Part shown: positions 1 to 13,899 of the stretch, one piece after another
How positions within the stretch are numbered: position 1 is the first letter of the stretch
Layout: every line of letters begins with the position of its first letter
DNA from: Lophium mytilinum
Taxonomy: Eukaryota
Assembly: GCA_010093605.1 (NCBI GenBank)
Contig: MU004183.1
Location: forward strand, 310,001-374,000
Direction: 5' to 3'
DNA: 64,000 bases
The notes under the pieces: generated by a model
Databases searched by the model: none
What the model was told of the DNA's origin: nothing
The model's input: the letters and a program-made list of their open reading frames with translations, nothing else
Position numbers and translations under genes: made by a program

Positions 1-1706
1 GACTGTTGCAATGGGTGAGGTCAGGGCTGCCTGGAGTGTTCGTGATGCGGTGGGATCGCGTGCAATCTGAAGAGAGAGAGATGATCCTACACGAGCTAGA
101 GAGTCGAATATTAGGTTACTGAGTGGACCAGGAACAGCGAGCATAGCTTGAGCGAGAAGCGAGCCGTGGAGTCTGTCAGGATGCGATTGATGCGATGTTG
201 ATTCTGAAGATTTCTTGCCATCCTCTGAAGGAGCGTCGCCGCCGAGTTTGAGGAGGCGCGAAATTTCAAACCCGTTCACCCCGCTGTATCCTGCTTCCAG
301 TTGAGCAGCAATAGGAGCAGTAGATACGCCGCGGATTATGCAACGTTCAATTAAGGTCTTGATGACAACTGTTCTGTTTCGTTCCACAAGCCCTGGTATT
401 TGCTCCACAATCAGATGCATCGCTTCTTCCAGATCTTCCTTGTTCAGTCTTTCGAGAATCTTTCCTACCACATATCCCGCGATCTCGTTCCTGGCTAGAC
501 TGCCCATTCGGTCTTTGAAGAATTCGCGATATAGGGCCTTGAACATTTTTCCAGGTGCAAATTCGATGATGGTCTCCAGTAGTCGAGAGCCGATAGGGCT
601 ATATATTAGGCCATTAATAAATGACGCACTCTCCGTTCCTTCTGCAATTGGGTCGTCGGGAAGTAGTCTGTGTATTATAGAGTTCTCGTCTTTCGCCCTC
701 TGTTTCCCGAATTCTGATAGTTCTAGTTGGAGGAGAAGCTGTAGAGTAGGATTTCCAGTTTGGTGTAGTGCCAGTGCTCGCAGATAAGTGGTATCAAGCC
801 CAGACACGCTATCATTGATGATCTTTTCCAATGCGCCAGTGAAAGCCTCGGGCACTGTCCGCTTCTCGAGGGTGAGTTCCTTGGATCTTTCTACTCCGGT
901 CACACCAACCTTCTCCTTCCTCTTGCTCTGAACCGGCGACTTTTTACTCGATTGGGAGAAGGGGAGACCGGCTAGTACCAGTAGAAGGACACGCAGGGTG
1001 TGTGATGCATAGGGATCGGTCATAAGGTAGCCCAAGTAGCCTTCAAGCTCGTTTATGGCAAAGAGGTACAGATTCTCCATTGATGCCACGATTTCGTTTG
1101 GGTCGGATGATGTTTGGTCCTCCAGCGGTGCAACCATTTCTTGTGTGACCATCGGAGCCGCGTGTATGAACAGGGCCTCGCAGCAGTGGGAAGCGAATCG
1201 GTGTTGTACGAGGTTCAGGAAGCTGTAGAGAGTCAGAAGGCGCCGAAATTTCCTCGTGGCTGTTGCACTTACTGTCCATTGAATTTCTGGAACAGCGACT
1301 TGAGCTGTGCAGGCGTAGACAGTAAAATCAGTCGCTCCATGAGGCGCGAGCAAGACTGGCTGTTTGCGATCTTCAGCTCCTTCTCCTCGGCTTCCTGGTA
1401 CACATTCTCGAGAAACAGGGCGCGCTCTTCGGGTCCTTCAAACTGGTTCAGCTCGAGCAGCTCGTCGGCGCGCTTGAAGTACTCCTGCTCCTCCTCATCC
1501 AGCTGGCCGTAGTAGGGCATCTCCTCCGGATGGGGGACGCCATCGAGGCCCTCGAAGTACTGCTGCTCGCTGTCAAACGGAGCGAACTCCTGCTGGCCGT
1601 CAATCGACTTTTTGTGGCGCTTGTGGGTGGCATCGTCGTCATGGCCGTCGCGCTTGCGCTTCTTCTCCTCTTCGCGGCGGCCGCGCTTCCTGTTCTCCTT
1701 GGGCAT
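1..1706 (-). CDS. NOP9: Nucleolar protein 9 (PUF-like, 18S rRNA maturation); 3' end runs off the window
   Basis: N-terminus [33 protein letters not shown]; intron 1223-1272 (GTAAGT...CTGAC...CAG) joins to [18 protein letters not shown], which I recognise from fungal Nop9. Confidence 0.9.
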
Positions 1707-3020
1707 GGCGGTGGGTGGTGGTGGTCAGGTCTGCTAAGGAAGGTGGGAAAATGCAGAAATCTTGCAGGGTTGCGGAGGGGAGCGGTGCAGTAGAGATCGG
1801 CGCGCAGGGGCGAGAAAAGATTATTTCAAGGATGCTCAGGTTCTGGAGAATCAGGCCATGAGACACGACAGCACCACGTCAATGCAGCGAGCCGCCAATG
1901 TTCTACTCGCTCCTTTGCAGTCGAAGTTTGTTTGCAGGTGGAGCCGCGATGAGGCGTTGCATACGCTCGCCCGAGCGAGGTTCCACGTTTATTCTAGCGA
2001 TCGCCAAGGCCGCTCTGGATCGCAGCTCTGTGATTGGCCAAGATACGCCCATTTACTCTTTGGGAACATCGAATCGGGCGTCGAATCTCCTATAAATAGG
2101 CTACAGGACGCTTCGGGACGCCTTCGATCGTTAAAGATGAGTACCATTGGCCGCCATTGGCCTCAAGACGTTGCATATGCGCTCTGCGGGCTGGTTATCG
2201 TACGATCGAGATGAATTGGCCCGTGGAGCGGTAATTAAGGACCTGGCTGACACCTCAAGCAAGCGGTATGGGCTCTGAGGCAACCGACCCTCAGGAAAGT
2301 TACAGTCTCTACCTGCTTGATGCTATCAGGGTGCTGTCAACTCTCCTGTGAATGATAGACGGGCATATCGAACTCTGAGTCCGAAACTACTGTCCCGAGA
2401 TGAAGAATGTGCAAGGTGTTACTCGATACACTGGCTTTTCAAACGTGCAGAAACTGAAAGGGCTTTAGATGGTGCTCTCCCAGAACAAACTTCTGGCCTA
2501 TCTGCAAGTACCAGGAGCATCATGCAAGCTTCCTTGAATAAGAACCGGTACTCTACGAAACCGTGGTGCTGAACTTATACTTCTTATGTTGGAGGTGCAT
2601 ACTACTTCAGTACTTGTGTACGCTTGTTAGCACCGCATGAGGTCCTCTAGTATGTTGTCAACATTCGTACACTGCCTGTGTTGATAGCTTTCCCAGGCCA
2701 CCTCAGACGATGTTGGGGATAGGAGTTGCACAAAATACATCCATTCATATCTCAGATCACATGTTAACGGGTTTTATGCATGCCAAGACAATGCGGTCAC
2801 CAAGTTCGAGAAACTCACTCACCATACTGCTTACACTTGCCTGCTTAAGGGTCTCCGTACATCATTAAAAATTGCGAAACGACAGTTTTGACACGCCTGG
2901 TAGCTCGCCAAGCCACCTCAGACGTGGGTAAACCGTTACTTCATATTCAGCGGCGCCGGCCACGTCGCGTCTCCACCACCTTACAACTTCACCACCGTAC
3001 ACCCCTACAATCGTAACGCC

Positions 3021-5642
3021 ATGGAGAATACCAAAGACCACGAAGCGAGGGTAGTAGACTACCTCGACGACAAGCTTCAAACCATCGATGACCTTGATTC
3101 GCTCGACACTCTGCTCTCAGACCTCCGTAACAACCATACACTACTCCAGCAGCAACTCGAGGAGGCAGGACGCGACCACGGAGAGGCCAAGAGTGCTTCA
3201 TACCGTCATGAGGCCGCCCAAAAGGATCGCGCAGCCCAGTTCATCCAGGAGCAGGCGGATATCGACAACCGACTGATCATCATAACGAGGTCCGATACCA
3301 GCGATGAAGCTGTTGGACGGTTCGAGGCAAGCCTGGAGAAGCTGGCTCGGCTCGATATTGCCAATGCATACGTGGAGCTGCTAAAAGATGTAGACACTCT
3401 CAAGTAGGCTACTGCATCCTATGTCACGGAGACGAGTCTAAATCACACGCAGCAAAGAAGCCCAGCTCCAACTTCAAACTTCAAGCGAAGCAGCCCTGGG
3501 CCCATACAAACAATTACAATCCCTCGTTAACCACATGGTACCTCTACACGAAGCCGCCGAAGGCGCAGCTCCGCACCTCCTCGATCACGTTGTGAAAACC
3601 TCCCAGTCCCTCCGCAAACAAATCAAAGATGTCTTTGCGGGAGACCTGGAAGCTATACTCAAAGAGATAAAGTGGCCGACGACAAAAGCAATCATTCCCG
3701 CTACGCTTCAAAGTCGATGGGATGTATGCCTTACGAAATTGCTAGACCTACAAATTCCCGAGTTGGAAGCTTTGGAGAGTTCACCCGTGGGGAAGAGCGG
3801 CGCGAAAACTCCTGCCGTTCTCTTTCCATTAGAGGTTCTTGTAGATCCTCTCCAAGCCCGTTTCCGCTATCATTTTGGGGGCGATCGGCCTACCAACCGC
3901 CTTGACAAGCCGGAATGGTTCCTTGCCGACATTACAAAACTCTTGAATGACTACGACTACTTTATGGTCGATTACGTGCAGCCAGTACTCCGCACACGCT
4001 TTAGAGGAACAGATATGGCAATGAACTTAGTCTACATTCACGCCACATCCGCATTTGTTACAGCACTGCTACCAATGGTCCGCTCCAAAATCTTTGCCAC
4101 GCTTCCGAAGGTCTCCAACGACCCTCAACTGTTCAGCCATCTCATGCATGAGATCATGACTTTCGATACTACCATTCGTGATGACTGGCAATATGACGGC
4201 GGAAATGGGATTGAAGGGTGGAAAGGGCTGGCGTGGGAAGTCTTGGACCAGAGTAATTGGTTCGGGCTATGGTTAGAAGTGGAAAAGACTTGTATGGACT
4301 CCCTCTAACATTGTGTCATAACGTCAAAGGGCAATGCTAACTGTCTAACTTGAACTTGGTTACAGTTGCACTATCTCGGTACCAGGAGATAATCTCCGCG
4401 CCCGATACGGGAGATTTGGACTATGAATCTGTCAACTCCAACGCAACCAAGCCTACCAAAGGTGCCATTCGCGTTAATGATCTCCTTGAAACAATTACTG
4501 ACCGCTATCGGTCCCTGACCTCATTCAATCATAAGATTCGATTCCTAATAGACATCCAAATCTCCATATTCGACCTGTTCCATGAACGCCTCCATTCGGG
4601 GCTCGAAGCTTACCTAGCCATGACGTCCTCCCTAGGCCGCACCGTGCAGGGAGTCACCAAAGAAGAGCAAGCCAAGCTTCACGGTGTCGAGGGTCTAGAA
4701 CGACTATGCCGCATCAACGGAAGCGCAGACTATCTCGAGCGCGCCATGCGCGACTGGAGCGAAGACATCTTCTTCATCGAGCTGTGGGACGAGCTTCGCG
4801 AGCGTGCGCAGCGCTCGACATCTCCCACCCACGGCCTTGGCGCTGAACTTTCCATCGCCGATGTAGCAGGCAAAACCTCCGCCACAGTCACCGAAGGAGG
4901 AGCGGACGCAGACACGGGCGCACTGTTTGACGAGACTGCAGCCGCGTACAAGAAGCTCCGGATCCGCTCCGAAGGCATTATTGTAGACGTACTCAGCTCG
5001 AAGGTGCGCGAAACGCTGCGGGCTTACCGCAGCATCAATCCGTGGGCGACTCTGTCTGGCTCTTCTTCTTCAACTACCGTATTGTCGCCGACTGCGGAGC
5101 TCGACCCGTTGCTGGAGACCCTGCGTACCTCGTTCTCGTTCCTTAGTCGGGCACTTGCGCCTGCTCCGCTTAGGCGCCTTGTGCGGCTCGTGCTTGAGGT
5201 GGCAGACCAGGTTGTCTCTGAAACAGTAGTCAACAGGCACACCTTCTCGATCCACGGCGGACGACAGCTACAAGCGGATCTAACGGCTGTTATCCAGGTT
5301 GTAGAGACCGCAGTCGGCAAGAATGGTAAAGGCGTTGCCGCGGTGGGGTTGCGGCTTTGGGCAGAAGGCTGCAAATTGCTTGGCCTCCCTATAAAGTCAA
5401 GCGTGAGAGCTGGAGGGGAGGGCGAGGAGTGGGACGCGTGGGATGATGAGGCGGAAGAGGGGAGCGACGTGGGCAATGCAAGGAGCGAAAGAGGTCACGC
5501 GTTGGGTCTGTGGGAAGTCGAAAGGAGGCTATTTGCGGATAATCAGAGCGCGAGGGACGTGCTAGAGGAGTTGGAGATTGAGGCGCTGGGGGTCATGGAG
5601 GCGAGAGCAGTCATTCGACGCAGGGTCGAGATTGCTGGTTGA
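3021..5642 (+). CDS. TIP20: RINT-1/TIP20 family protein (Dsl1 tethering complex); exons 3021-3403, 3453-4291, 4366-5642
   Basis: RFRYHF.GDRPTNRLDKPEWF and KPTK.AIRVNDLLETITDRYR motifs; two canonical introns restore a single frame. Confidence 0.88.
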
Positions 5643-6194
5643 TGCTTCATTACTAGCATGAGACTACAGAGGGGATATCGATATTTGTACCCTCAGAGTG
5701 CTTCGACCTCTTCGAATTTCTTGAATGACTGCAGTTCGTTTTTATTATAGTCTTTTTCTGGACAGCTGACTATTTTTAGGGACTATGGGGCGTTCATGGG
5801 GCCTTTTGCGAGAAGCTCGGGATATAAGAGGGCCTCTTTGGGGAGGCAGAGGGTGCTTTGGGTAACGCAAGGTAGGCCTAGTGTAAATCAGGCCAACTAC
5901 CCCACCATTGCACGCCTGTCCACCTTGGTACGTATTAATAAACCTGCTGGTAGTCATGTCTCTATGTTTCAATTTACTAAACACCTAGGCAGTCCACTCG
6001 AGTCGCAAGCCAAAGCACGCTAAGTTGCGGCCCGGAATAGCTAACCCTAGATTCCATTGATTCCGAATGCTTGAAAGCAGCAACCAACCATATTCCTTGA
6101 TACGCGCTTCTTATGCTACAAAAGCAACACACATTACCATTTATCATACATGTTTATCTACCTAGTCAAATTTCCAGCCTATAAATAAAGAACC

Positions 6195-7019
6195 ATGACG
6201 TCTAACCACGCAGGCAAAGTCTACACAATCACCGGCGGCGCGTCCGGCATGGGCGCCGCAACCGCGAAACTCCTCGCCGAGCGCGGCGCCGCCGCTGTTT
6301 GCATCGGCGACTTCAACACGGCGAACTTCGAGACCATCACGAAAGAGATCAAAGAGCTGGCTCCGAAGTGCGAGGTCCTGACCACCCAAGTCGACGTCTC
6401 GTCCTCCGCCTCCGTCGCCTCCTGGATCAGCGCCGTCATCGCCAAGTTCAACCGTCTAGATGGCAGCGCCAACGTCGCGGGCGTGCCTCAAATCGTCGGC
6501 GAGCGACCCGCTCCCACTATTCTACTAGAGACGGACGAGACGTGGAAGCGGACGATGAGCGTGAACATCGATGGGGTCATGTTCAGCACGCGGGAGGAGG
6601 TGCGCGCCATGGTGGCGTTGCCGAAGGCGCCGCGGACGATTGTGAATGTGGCGAGTTTGGCGAGTGTGCTGCATACGCCGGATTGCTTTGCGTATGGGGC
6701 GAGCAAGAGGGCGTGTGCGAGTTTTTCGAGTAGTGTGGCGAAGGATGTTTTCCCGTTCGGGATTAGGGTTAATACGGTGTCGCCTGGTGAGTGAAGATGA
6801 GGTGTAAAATAGAGGGTAGGGGCTAATAGGGTTATAGGTGCGACGATGACGCCGATGATGAGCCAGTTCTTCCCGGGGGGTGGGGATCAGAGGCTGGAGG
6901 ATTTGGGGATGGATTTGCTGAGCCCGCTGGATATTGCGAGGGCGATTGTGTATTTGTTGAGTGAGGAGTCGGATAAGATTACGGGGGTCAATTTGCCGGT
7001 TGGGACGGGGGCTCCTTGA
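6195..7019 (+). CDS. Short-chain dehydrogenase/reductase; exons 6195-6786, 6838-7019
   Basis: TGGASGMG Rossmann motif, NVAG, catalytic YGASK, GIRVNTVSPG; intron GTGAGT...GCTAAT...TAG. Confidence 0.92.
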
Positions 7020-8057
7020 AAGAGTGAGGGAGTGGTCGACAGAAGGAAAAAGACTGAAAATTAAGAGAACTTTGAAACTCAAGTGACATCGAAGAGACCA
7101 TCACGCTGGATTAGGCACATGTATGGAAACTTGACAGAAGTAGACCCCATCTACGACCTTCCCAGACTGAAGACTTATCACATCCGAAATAATTGAGTAT
7201 GGAGGAGTGCTGTGAATGTATCATACGTAGCCTATTTCATAATCATTCTGGCCTAATTATCTGCCCAGACTAGACCGTCCTCCACGGGTACATAGACCCA
7301 TTCTGTGCTCCTTTTGTACAACGCAACTTGACGAGGGCATGGAAGGAGTGAGGCTGAACCGTGAAAAGAAAGGACCGCATGAAGATCCGCTTCTTTATAA
7401 TAGACGCTTAGCCTAAAGGAGGGTAGCACCTGTTTCTCCGCTTCTTCTCCTCTTACCCTAATTTCCCCCCGCCACCTCACTCTTATTCCAATGACATTCC
7501 GGCTTGAAAGCCGTTTTCCAGACGCCGAATTCCAATGCCGAAGCGCTATTCGGCTCGGGTTATTACTCCTTCAGTCCCAGATAACATGGATAGAATCAAT
7601 CCCCTAACTCAAGCATTCTATTCCCGCATTCAACTACTAGACTGATTAACAAAGCTCCCAAAGTATGCTGCTTGGGTCTCTATTGGAAGGATATGTTTGT
7701 TTAGGGAAGTCCTTATCGTTGTAGCACCAGCAGGCTGTTCAAGCTTCTACCGTTGCGGAAGCTCGATTTATTTCTTCTGGCATTCAAGGAGAACAAGATG
7801 GAACTTGCAGTAAAGGCATGTAGCCAATCAAACATGCTCGATTTCATTACTCAGAAAGTTTGCTTCTTCGTACTCTACTACTCATTCACGGATTACTGTG
7901 CTTGCATCTAATTGGTGGCGCGTGAGCATACCCCACAGCCTCAATTCCATACACGTGCACAAACCCCACAGTTCGAGCACACTTCCAAGTTGTTGGAATG
8001 GATATGATAAATGACTCCCTGGGAGATACTGTCATCCAGGTGTTAAAGACTTTCAAT

Positions 8058-10246
8058 ATGGCAATTTCTGATCTCCTAAACCAGGCGCAGCATCTGCGCC
8101 CAGCCTCTTTTGCGGGTTATGTGTTGACCGCGACCATTTTGGTAAGTTCCTCATTGTCTCTCATCGCTCAAAAACCCTTGACCCGACTTGTCACTGAATT
8201 CTGTGCACCCATCTGCCATTTCTTGAAGTTGCTCAATTTGGTTTCCAAATTCCAAACGAGACAGAATCCATCATTTTGAGCAACCCGGAAACTCGCCGCG
8301 TCAGTTCGGGCCGTTGTAGGTGTTTTAAGTCAAGTTTTAAAGCTAACTACGTATTGGATAGTTTGCGAGCTATTGCGGCGGGTACATGATATACAATCTC
8401 TACCTTCACCCGCTGCGAGCCTATCCTGGACCATTTTGGGCTCGGTCTTGTCGATTCTGGTATATCAACTACGCTCTGCGCGGCGAACTCCCATTCAGCG
8501 TCTATCATGCACACCAGAAATATGGCCCGGTCGTTCGAGTGGGCCCTGATGAGCTGTCCTACGCCGATCCTGAGTCATGGAAGGAAATCTACGGCCACCG
8601 GCCGGATAGAGGACATATACCTAAAGACCCGAACTTCTATCTGAATACCGCAGCGGGTGACCTGAGTATCATTGCTGCTCCTTCGAAGCGCCATGGCGAG
8701 CTTCGACGACTGATGTCACATGGTTTCTCTGAGAAAGCGTTGAGGGATCAAGAGCCGGCTATACAACACTACGTGGATTTGATGATTCGCCGTCTCCGAG
8801 ACTTGAGCGTCAAGGGCGAACCTATAGATCTTGTTAACTGGTACAACGTGAGTCTACTAAAGTCCTTCCATCAATTCATCATATCCCGATTTGAGAGATT
8901 TTCTGAATGACCCCCGCCAACACTCCTCCTATTCCCCTAAAACCCTCTCCGGGCGCTAAGCTCTCCGCTAATGACCGCAAAGTTCTTCACGTTTGATATA
9001 GTAGGAGATTTAGCCTTTGGAGAATCCTTCAACTGTCTCGAGACATCCAATTACCACCCATGGATCCACATCGCATTTGAGATAATCATTGCTGGTACCA
9101 TGTTCCGCGTCACAGACTACTATCCATGGGCGAAAAAGGTTCTGGTGAAATTCGTGCCCGAATCTCTCAAGAAAGGAGTCAAAGCCCACATTGCTTTAGT
9201 AAAATCGAAGTCCCTGAACAGATTGCACATGAAGACGGACCGCATCGATTTCATGTCTCGAATGGCGGACCCAAAGAATGGCGTCTCTGAGAAGGAGTTC
9301 ATTGCGAGCTCGGACACTGTCCTTCTAGGAGGGAGCGAGACGACGGCAACATTACTCTCTGGAGTGACCTACTTCCTGATGAAGAATCCCGACGCGTTAG
9401 CGAAGCTGACACATGAGATCCGATCTAAATTCACTTCGGAGGAAGAGATCGATGTCGCAAGTGTTAACTCCCTAGAGTATATGCTCGCGTGCCTGAACGA
9501 GGCGTTCCGTTTATACCCTCCGGTGCCTGGTGCTCTCCCGAGAAGAACAATCGAGCCTGAAACGTTGATAGGGCAGTACGTTCCACCTCAAGTGAGTACA
9601 CTAGTAGAACATCTTCTTCGTACTCCATCAGAAAGAGTCCATACGCTGGTAGTCAACCTACTCGCCGCTATATGTGGTGCCCCAGTACCTCTCCAGATTT
9701 CGAGACAAGATGCACAGGAAGGCGTGTCCAAACTCGTGTCCCAGTCCTGCAACGACCTTTTGAATCAAACACTGACTTCAGCCAGACCACTGTCGCTATC
9801 TATCAGCTAGCCATCAACCGCCTAGACGCAAACTTCTCGCGGCCCACAGAATACATCCCCGAGCGATGGCTCGGTGACCCGCGCTTCGAAAACGACAGCC
9901 GCAATGCCGTCCAGCCGTTCAGCGTTGGGCCACGCAACTGCATCGGCCGAAAGTAAGCTCTCCTGTTACTTCCCCTCTTTACTTTCGCATTTGGATCAAA
10001 CCTACTGACGGTATTTGCAGCCTCGCGTACTCCGAAATGCGTCTCGTGATCGCCCGTCTCCTTTTCAGCTTCGACCTCGAAGCCACCCCCATGATCGAAG
10101 ACTGGACGAACCAGAAAATTTGGTTCCTGTGGGACAAAAAACCACTTTGGTTGAAGCTGCACGCGAGAGATGTGAAATTGAGACCGGAAGTAGAAGCTTT
10201 AGCGAGTGTAGAGGCGTCGCAGAAGGCTACTGCAAAGGTGTATTGA
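8058..10246 (+). CDS. Cytochrome P450, CYP65/TRI11-like; exons approx. 8058-8141, 8362-8847, 8983-9591, 9786-9952, 10021-10246
   Basis: [10 protein letters not shown]-helix GGSETT, EAFR (ExxR), PERW, heme motif [10 protein letters not shown]; four GT-AG introns. Confidence 0.93.
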
Positions 10247-10489
10247 ATAGTAGGCTATTGCTACGAGTGAGCTTGCATAGAAATGGCCAGATATAGGAGC
10301 ATCATATTGCGTTGTATAGATGGCGGTAGTGTCAATTCTTGCTGCTTTTTCCCACTTGTTGTGCCGATTTAGAGTGCTACTTCAGACCATCCTCAGTATT
10401 TGCGTATATTGCTATAACGATTAATACCCAGAGCCGGGAATCAGCTGTCCGCTAGACCAATACAAACGTCGTCTGAAAATCGGGTCAAA

Positions 10490-11970
10490 TTTCTAACGCG
10501 TTGTCTGGGAGCCACATATAAGAGCTACGTTTAGACTTTACTCATACTGTTCGCGGGTTTCTTCGATACAAAATCTGGCTTATCAGATGTCTCGTCCAGC
10601 AACCTGATTGCCAGGCTCTGGAACCAGTTACTTAAGCCACAGTCAGCAAACACGCCAGGTCCACGCCGCGTCCCCTCCGCATCTAAAAAAGGTTCATCCA
10701 CACGGTTAGATATGTGAAGACTTGTTACAAGTTTACCTGGATACGTGACGGGGACACCTCAATACCTTTTCTAAAACCTCTTAACAGCAGCCCGATTTCC
10801 AGCCCCTTGCTTTAGCAACTCAAAGGAGCCCTGTAATCTAGCCACAACTTACCGCGCTGCGTACCCTCCGCGTCTAACAAGAATCTTATCACGCGGTTAG
10901 ATCCGTAAGAACTTGCAACAAGATGACCTAAATGCTTCATGGAAGCTACTCAGCGCCTTCTTTACATCCTCTTAACGGCAGCCCAACTCCCGACCCCTTG
11001 CTTAAGCAACAGAAATAACCCACGTAATGAAGACACCGCGTACCCTCCGCGTCTTATAAAATTTGTTTCCACGCGGTTAGATCGGTAAGAACTTGTAACA
11101 AAATAACCCAAAACCTCACCGGAAGCTTCTCAGCACCTTTTTTGCATCCTCTTGACGGCAGCCCGATTCACAGGCCCTCTGCTAATGCCCTAGAACTGGA
11201 CTATAGAAAGTAGACGCCGTGTTACACGCCGCGTCTCCTATATGTCGAACAAGATTGGTGTCGTGCGGTTCGATCTGTGACTACTTGCACATAAAGGAGC
11301 AATAACGTCCACAGAGCGGTCCAGAGAATGGGAGACGCAAAGGCGATATAGCGTAGTGCCCCGTGTCTAGCATAGAAGGTTTGCCCGGTTCGAATTGTAA
11401 TTACTTGCACGTGAAGGGGCCACAGCGGACACAGAGCTGTCTAGGAAATGGGAGACGCAAAAGAGACGCAGCGTGGCACTCCGCGTCCATTGAAACCATT
11501 TCAGTCGGTTCGATTTGTAACCACGTGCATATAAAGGAGCCGTAGCGTCTACAGAACAGTCTAAGAAATAGACTACGCAAAGGAGACGCAGCGTGCCACT
11601 CGGTTTTACCAAAACCCGTTTTACGCGGTTTCATTCGTCAGTACTTGCATGGAAAAGAGCTGAAGTTCCCACGGAGCAGTTCTGAGACTGGATTACGCAG
11701 AGCGGACGCAGCGTGGCACTCCGCGTCTATCAAAAATCGTTCCAGGCCGTTTGATCCGTAAGTACTTACACATGTATAAGCTAGAACGTCCACAAAACCG
11801 TCCAGGAAAAGGACCACGCAGAGGGGAGGCAGCGTGCTACTTATCGTTCACTAAAAATCGTTCTACGCGGTTCAACTCGTGAGCATTTGCAACTTAAGCG
11901 GCCAAAGCGCCCACAGAGCCGTCTGTGAAATGCAGCACGTAGGGTAGACGCAGCGCGGCACTCTGTGTAG
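10490..11970. repeat. Degenerate composite tandem array: 3-4 units of ~180 bp followed by 6 units of ~120 bp
   Basis: CTCCGC-type anchors at 10675, 10866, 11045 and ~11227 (spacing 179-191), then register repeats at 11361, 11481, 11601, 11721, ~11841 and ~11961; shared core CCGCGTCT...ACGCGGTT(A/C)GAT..GTAA..ACTTG. Confidence 0.9.
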
Positions 11971-12883
11971 TTATACCGTCTCTAGAATGTTGATTCCTTA
12001 GGTTAGATTAGTGATTACTTACAACAGAAGAGTGCGAAACGTCCATGGAAGAGGTCAAGCTGTCGTAAGCGCCGCTGGTATTGTGGCAGAATCGACCGAG
12101 CAGATGTAAGGCTCTTCGCCCTGCGTCGCAGCTTGACCCAGTTTGGACTCCGAGAGCGAAAATATATGGTAGTTGATCCTACGGCCTGATACGCCCACCA
12201 ATTCATCGCGCCCGCTGTACACGGAACAAAAGCGTAGACATGAAACAATGAAATCCATTCAGAGCAACATAGGCTCTGAACTAGATGCCTCGCCACTACT
12301 GTGTAGTGGGATTATGGATGTTAGGAAAGAGGATGAGAAGAGAACGAGTGTTGAGCCCCGTGCTGAAAACCATCGAGCTTGTCCACCCAAGAAACCCTCT
12401 TTGGATCGCCTGAAACTCGACAACGACGAGACATACACTCTGATACCACGATTTTGTTGCGCTTGGATATCTCCATACTTTTTTCTCAGACACGCGACCG
12501 AATTCTGCTTCGTGACAACATAACCCTACGAACCACCCTCCCATACCTCCCGAGAGCAAACCTTGGCTAGATCTCTGCAGATTAAGAGCGTCGAGAGCAC
12601 AGTCCTCGAATCGTGTTTTCTGTGGAAGAGATAGAACATCGATAGGGCATATCCATGCATAAAACCAATCCCCCGAAGCTCCGCCGCACCCACGTGACCT
12701 CTCACCCAAGCTCTCCTCCACCTGTCCTAATCCAGCAACCCTCAAATCTCCAACCCACTCCCAATTCTCGCGCGCTCTCACCTCCAACCCACCCCCAATT
12801 CTCGCGCGCGAGCACTTCTCCCACCCCAAACACCTCCCCAACCCACCCCTCGCCTGGACAACAACCCCCCAAAATCCTCAACC

Positions 12884-13510
12884 ATGCTCTCCCTCTCCCC
12901 GCGCCAACTCGCAACCCAAGTCCTCAACTTCGCCCTCGTGCTCTCAACCGCCTTCATGCTGTGGAAAGGGCTCAGCATCGCCTCGAACTCGCCCTCCCCC
13001 ATCGTCGTCGTGCTCTCCGGCAGCATGGAGCCGGCCTTCGCGCGCGGCGACTTGCTGTTTCTGTGGAACCGGGGGCTGGACACCCAGATTGGGGAGGTGG
13101 TGGTGTATAACGTCAAGGGCAAGGATATCCCGATTGTGCATCGCGTGGTTAGGCGGTTTGGGGGAGGGTGAGTTTTGCGCGTTTCTATCTTCTGGGAGGG
13201 TTGTGAGGACGGGATGGGCGTGCAGTGGATGTTATTTGTTATTTGAAGGGATTGAAGCTAATCATTGTCGTGTACATGCAGCTCAACCCCCCTCCGCCTC
13301 CTCACCAAAGGCGACAACAACGCCGCCGACGACACGGAGCTCTACGCCCGCGGCCAGGACTTCCTGAACCGCAAGGAGGACGTCATCGGCAGCGTGGTCG
13401 GTTTCGTGCCGTTTGTGGGCTACGTTACGATCCTTCTCAGCGAGTATCCGTGGCTGAAGCAGGCGATGTTGGGGCTGATGGGGGTTATGGTTGTGCTGCA
13501 GCGGGAATAG
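12884..13510 (+). CDS. SEC11: Signal peptidase complex catalytic subunit Sec11; exons 12884-13167, 13282-13510
   Basis: [43 protein letters not shown] motifs. Confidence 0.97.
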
Positions 13511-13899
13511 TCGCGTGTTTAGGGCGAGTAGGGAGGAGGAGGCTGAGAAGAGGGAAAGGGAAAAAGGAGTTGCATGCATCGGACGGCGTTTGGCGTCTAT
13601 CGGATATCGGATATATCTAGGCGTATGGCTGTTTGAGGGGATGGGGATAATGGTGGCTTCAGCATATCCGCCAAAACCCATCAAGAAAGGAGAGCAGTGT
13701 GGCAGCTAGCTCGACATCACCAAGCTCCCAAGCGTTGGGTTTTCAAGATCACAAGCACTGTCTATACCCGGAAGTCACTTATAGCATTCCACTTCCAGTC
13801 ACGTCATCCTCCCCCTTTCTGTTTTATTCACCCTCTCCATCCCACCTCATCCACAACACTCGCAAACCAACCCCCCAAGACGCAAAAATAGAAAACCAC

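Noticed and set aside
10629..10660. TACTTAAGCCACA resembles an internal stretch of fungal 5S rRNA, and the neighbouring repeat period is 120 bp
   Set aside because: The flanks do not match 5S, and the stretch aligns with the degenerate TGCTTAAGCAAC end of the ~180-bp unit.
11220..11970. 120-bp array as a CRISPR array or a 40-aa protein repeat
   Set aside because: Whole units are homologous, so there are no unique spacers; the host is eukaryotic with no cas genes; stops and 1-bp indels break the reading frames.
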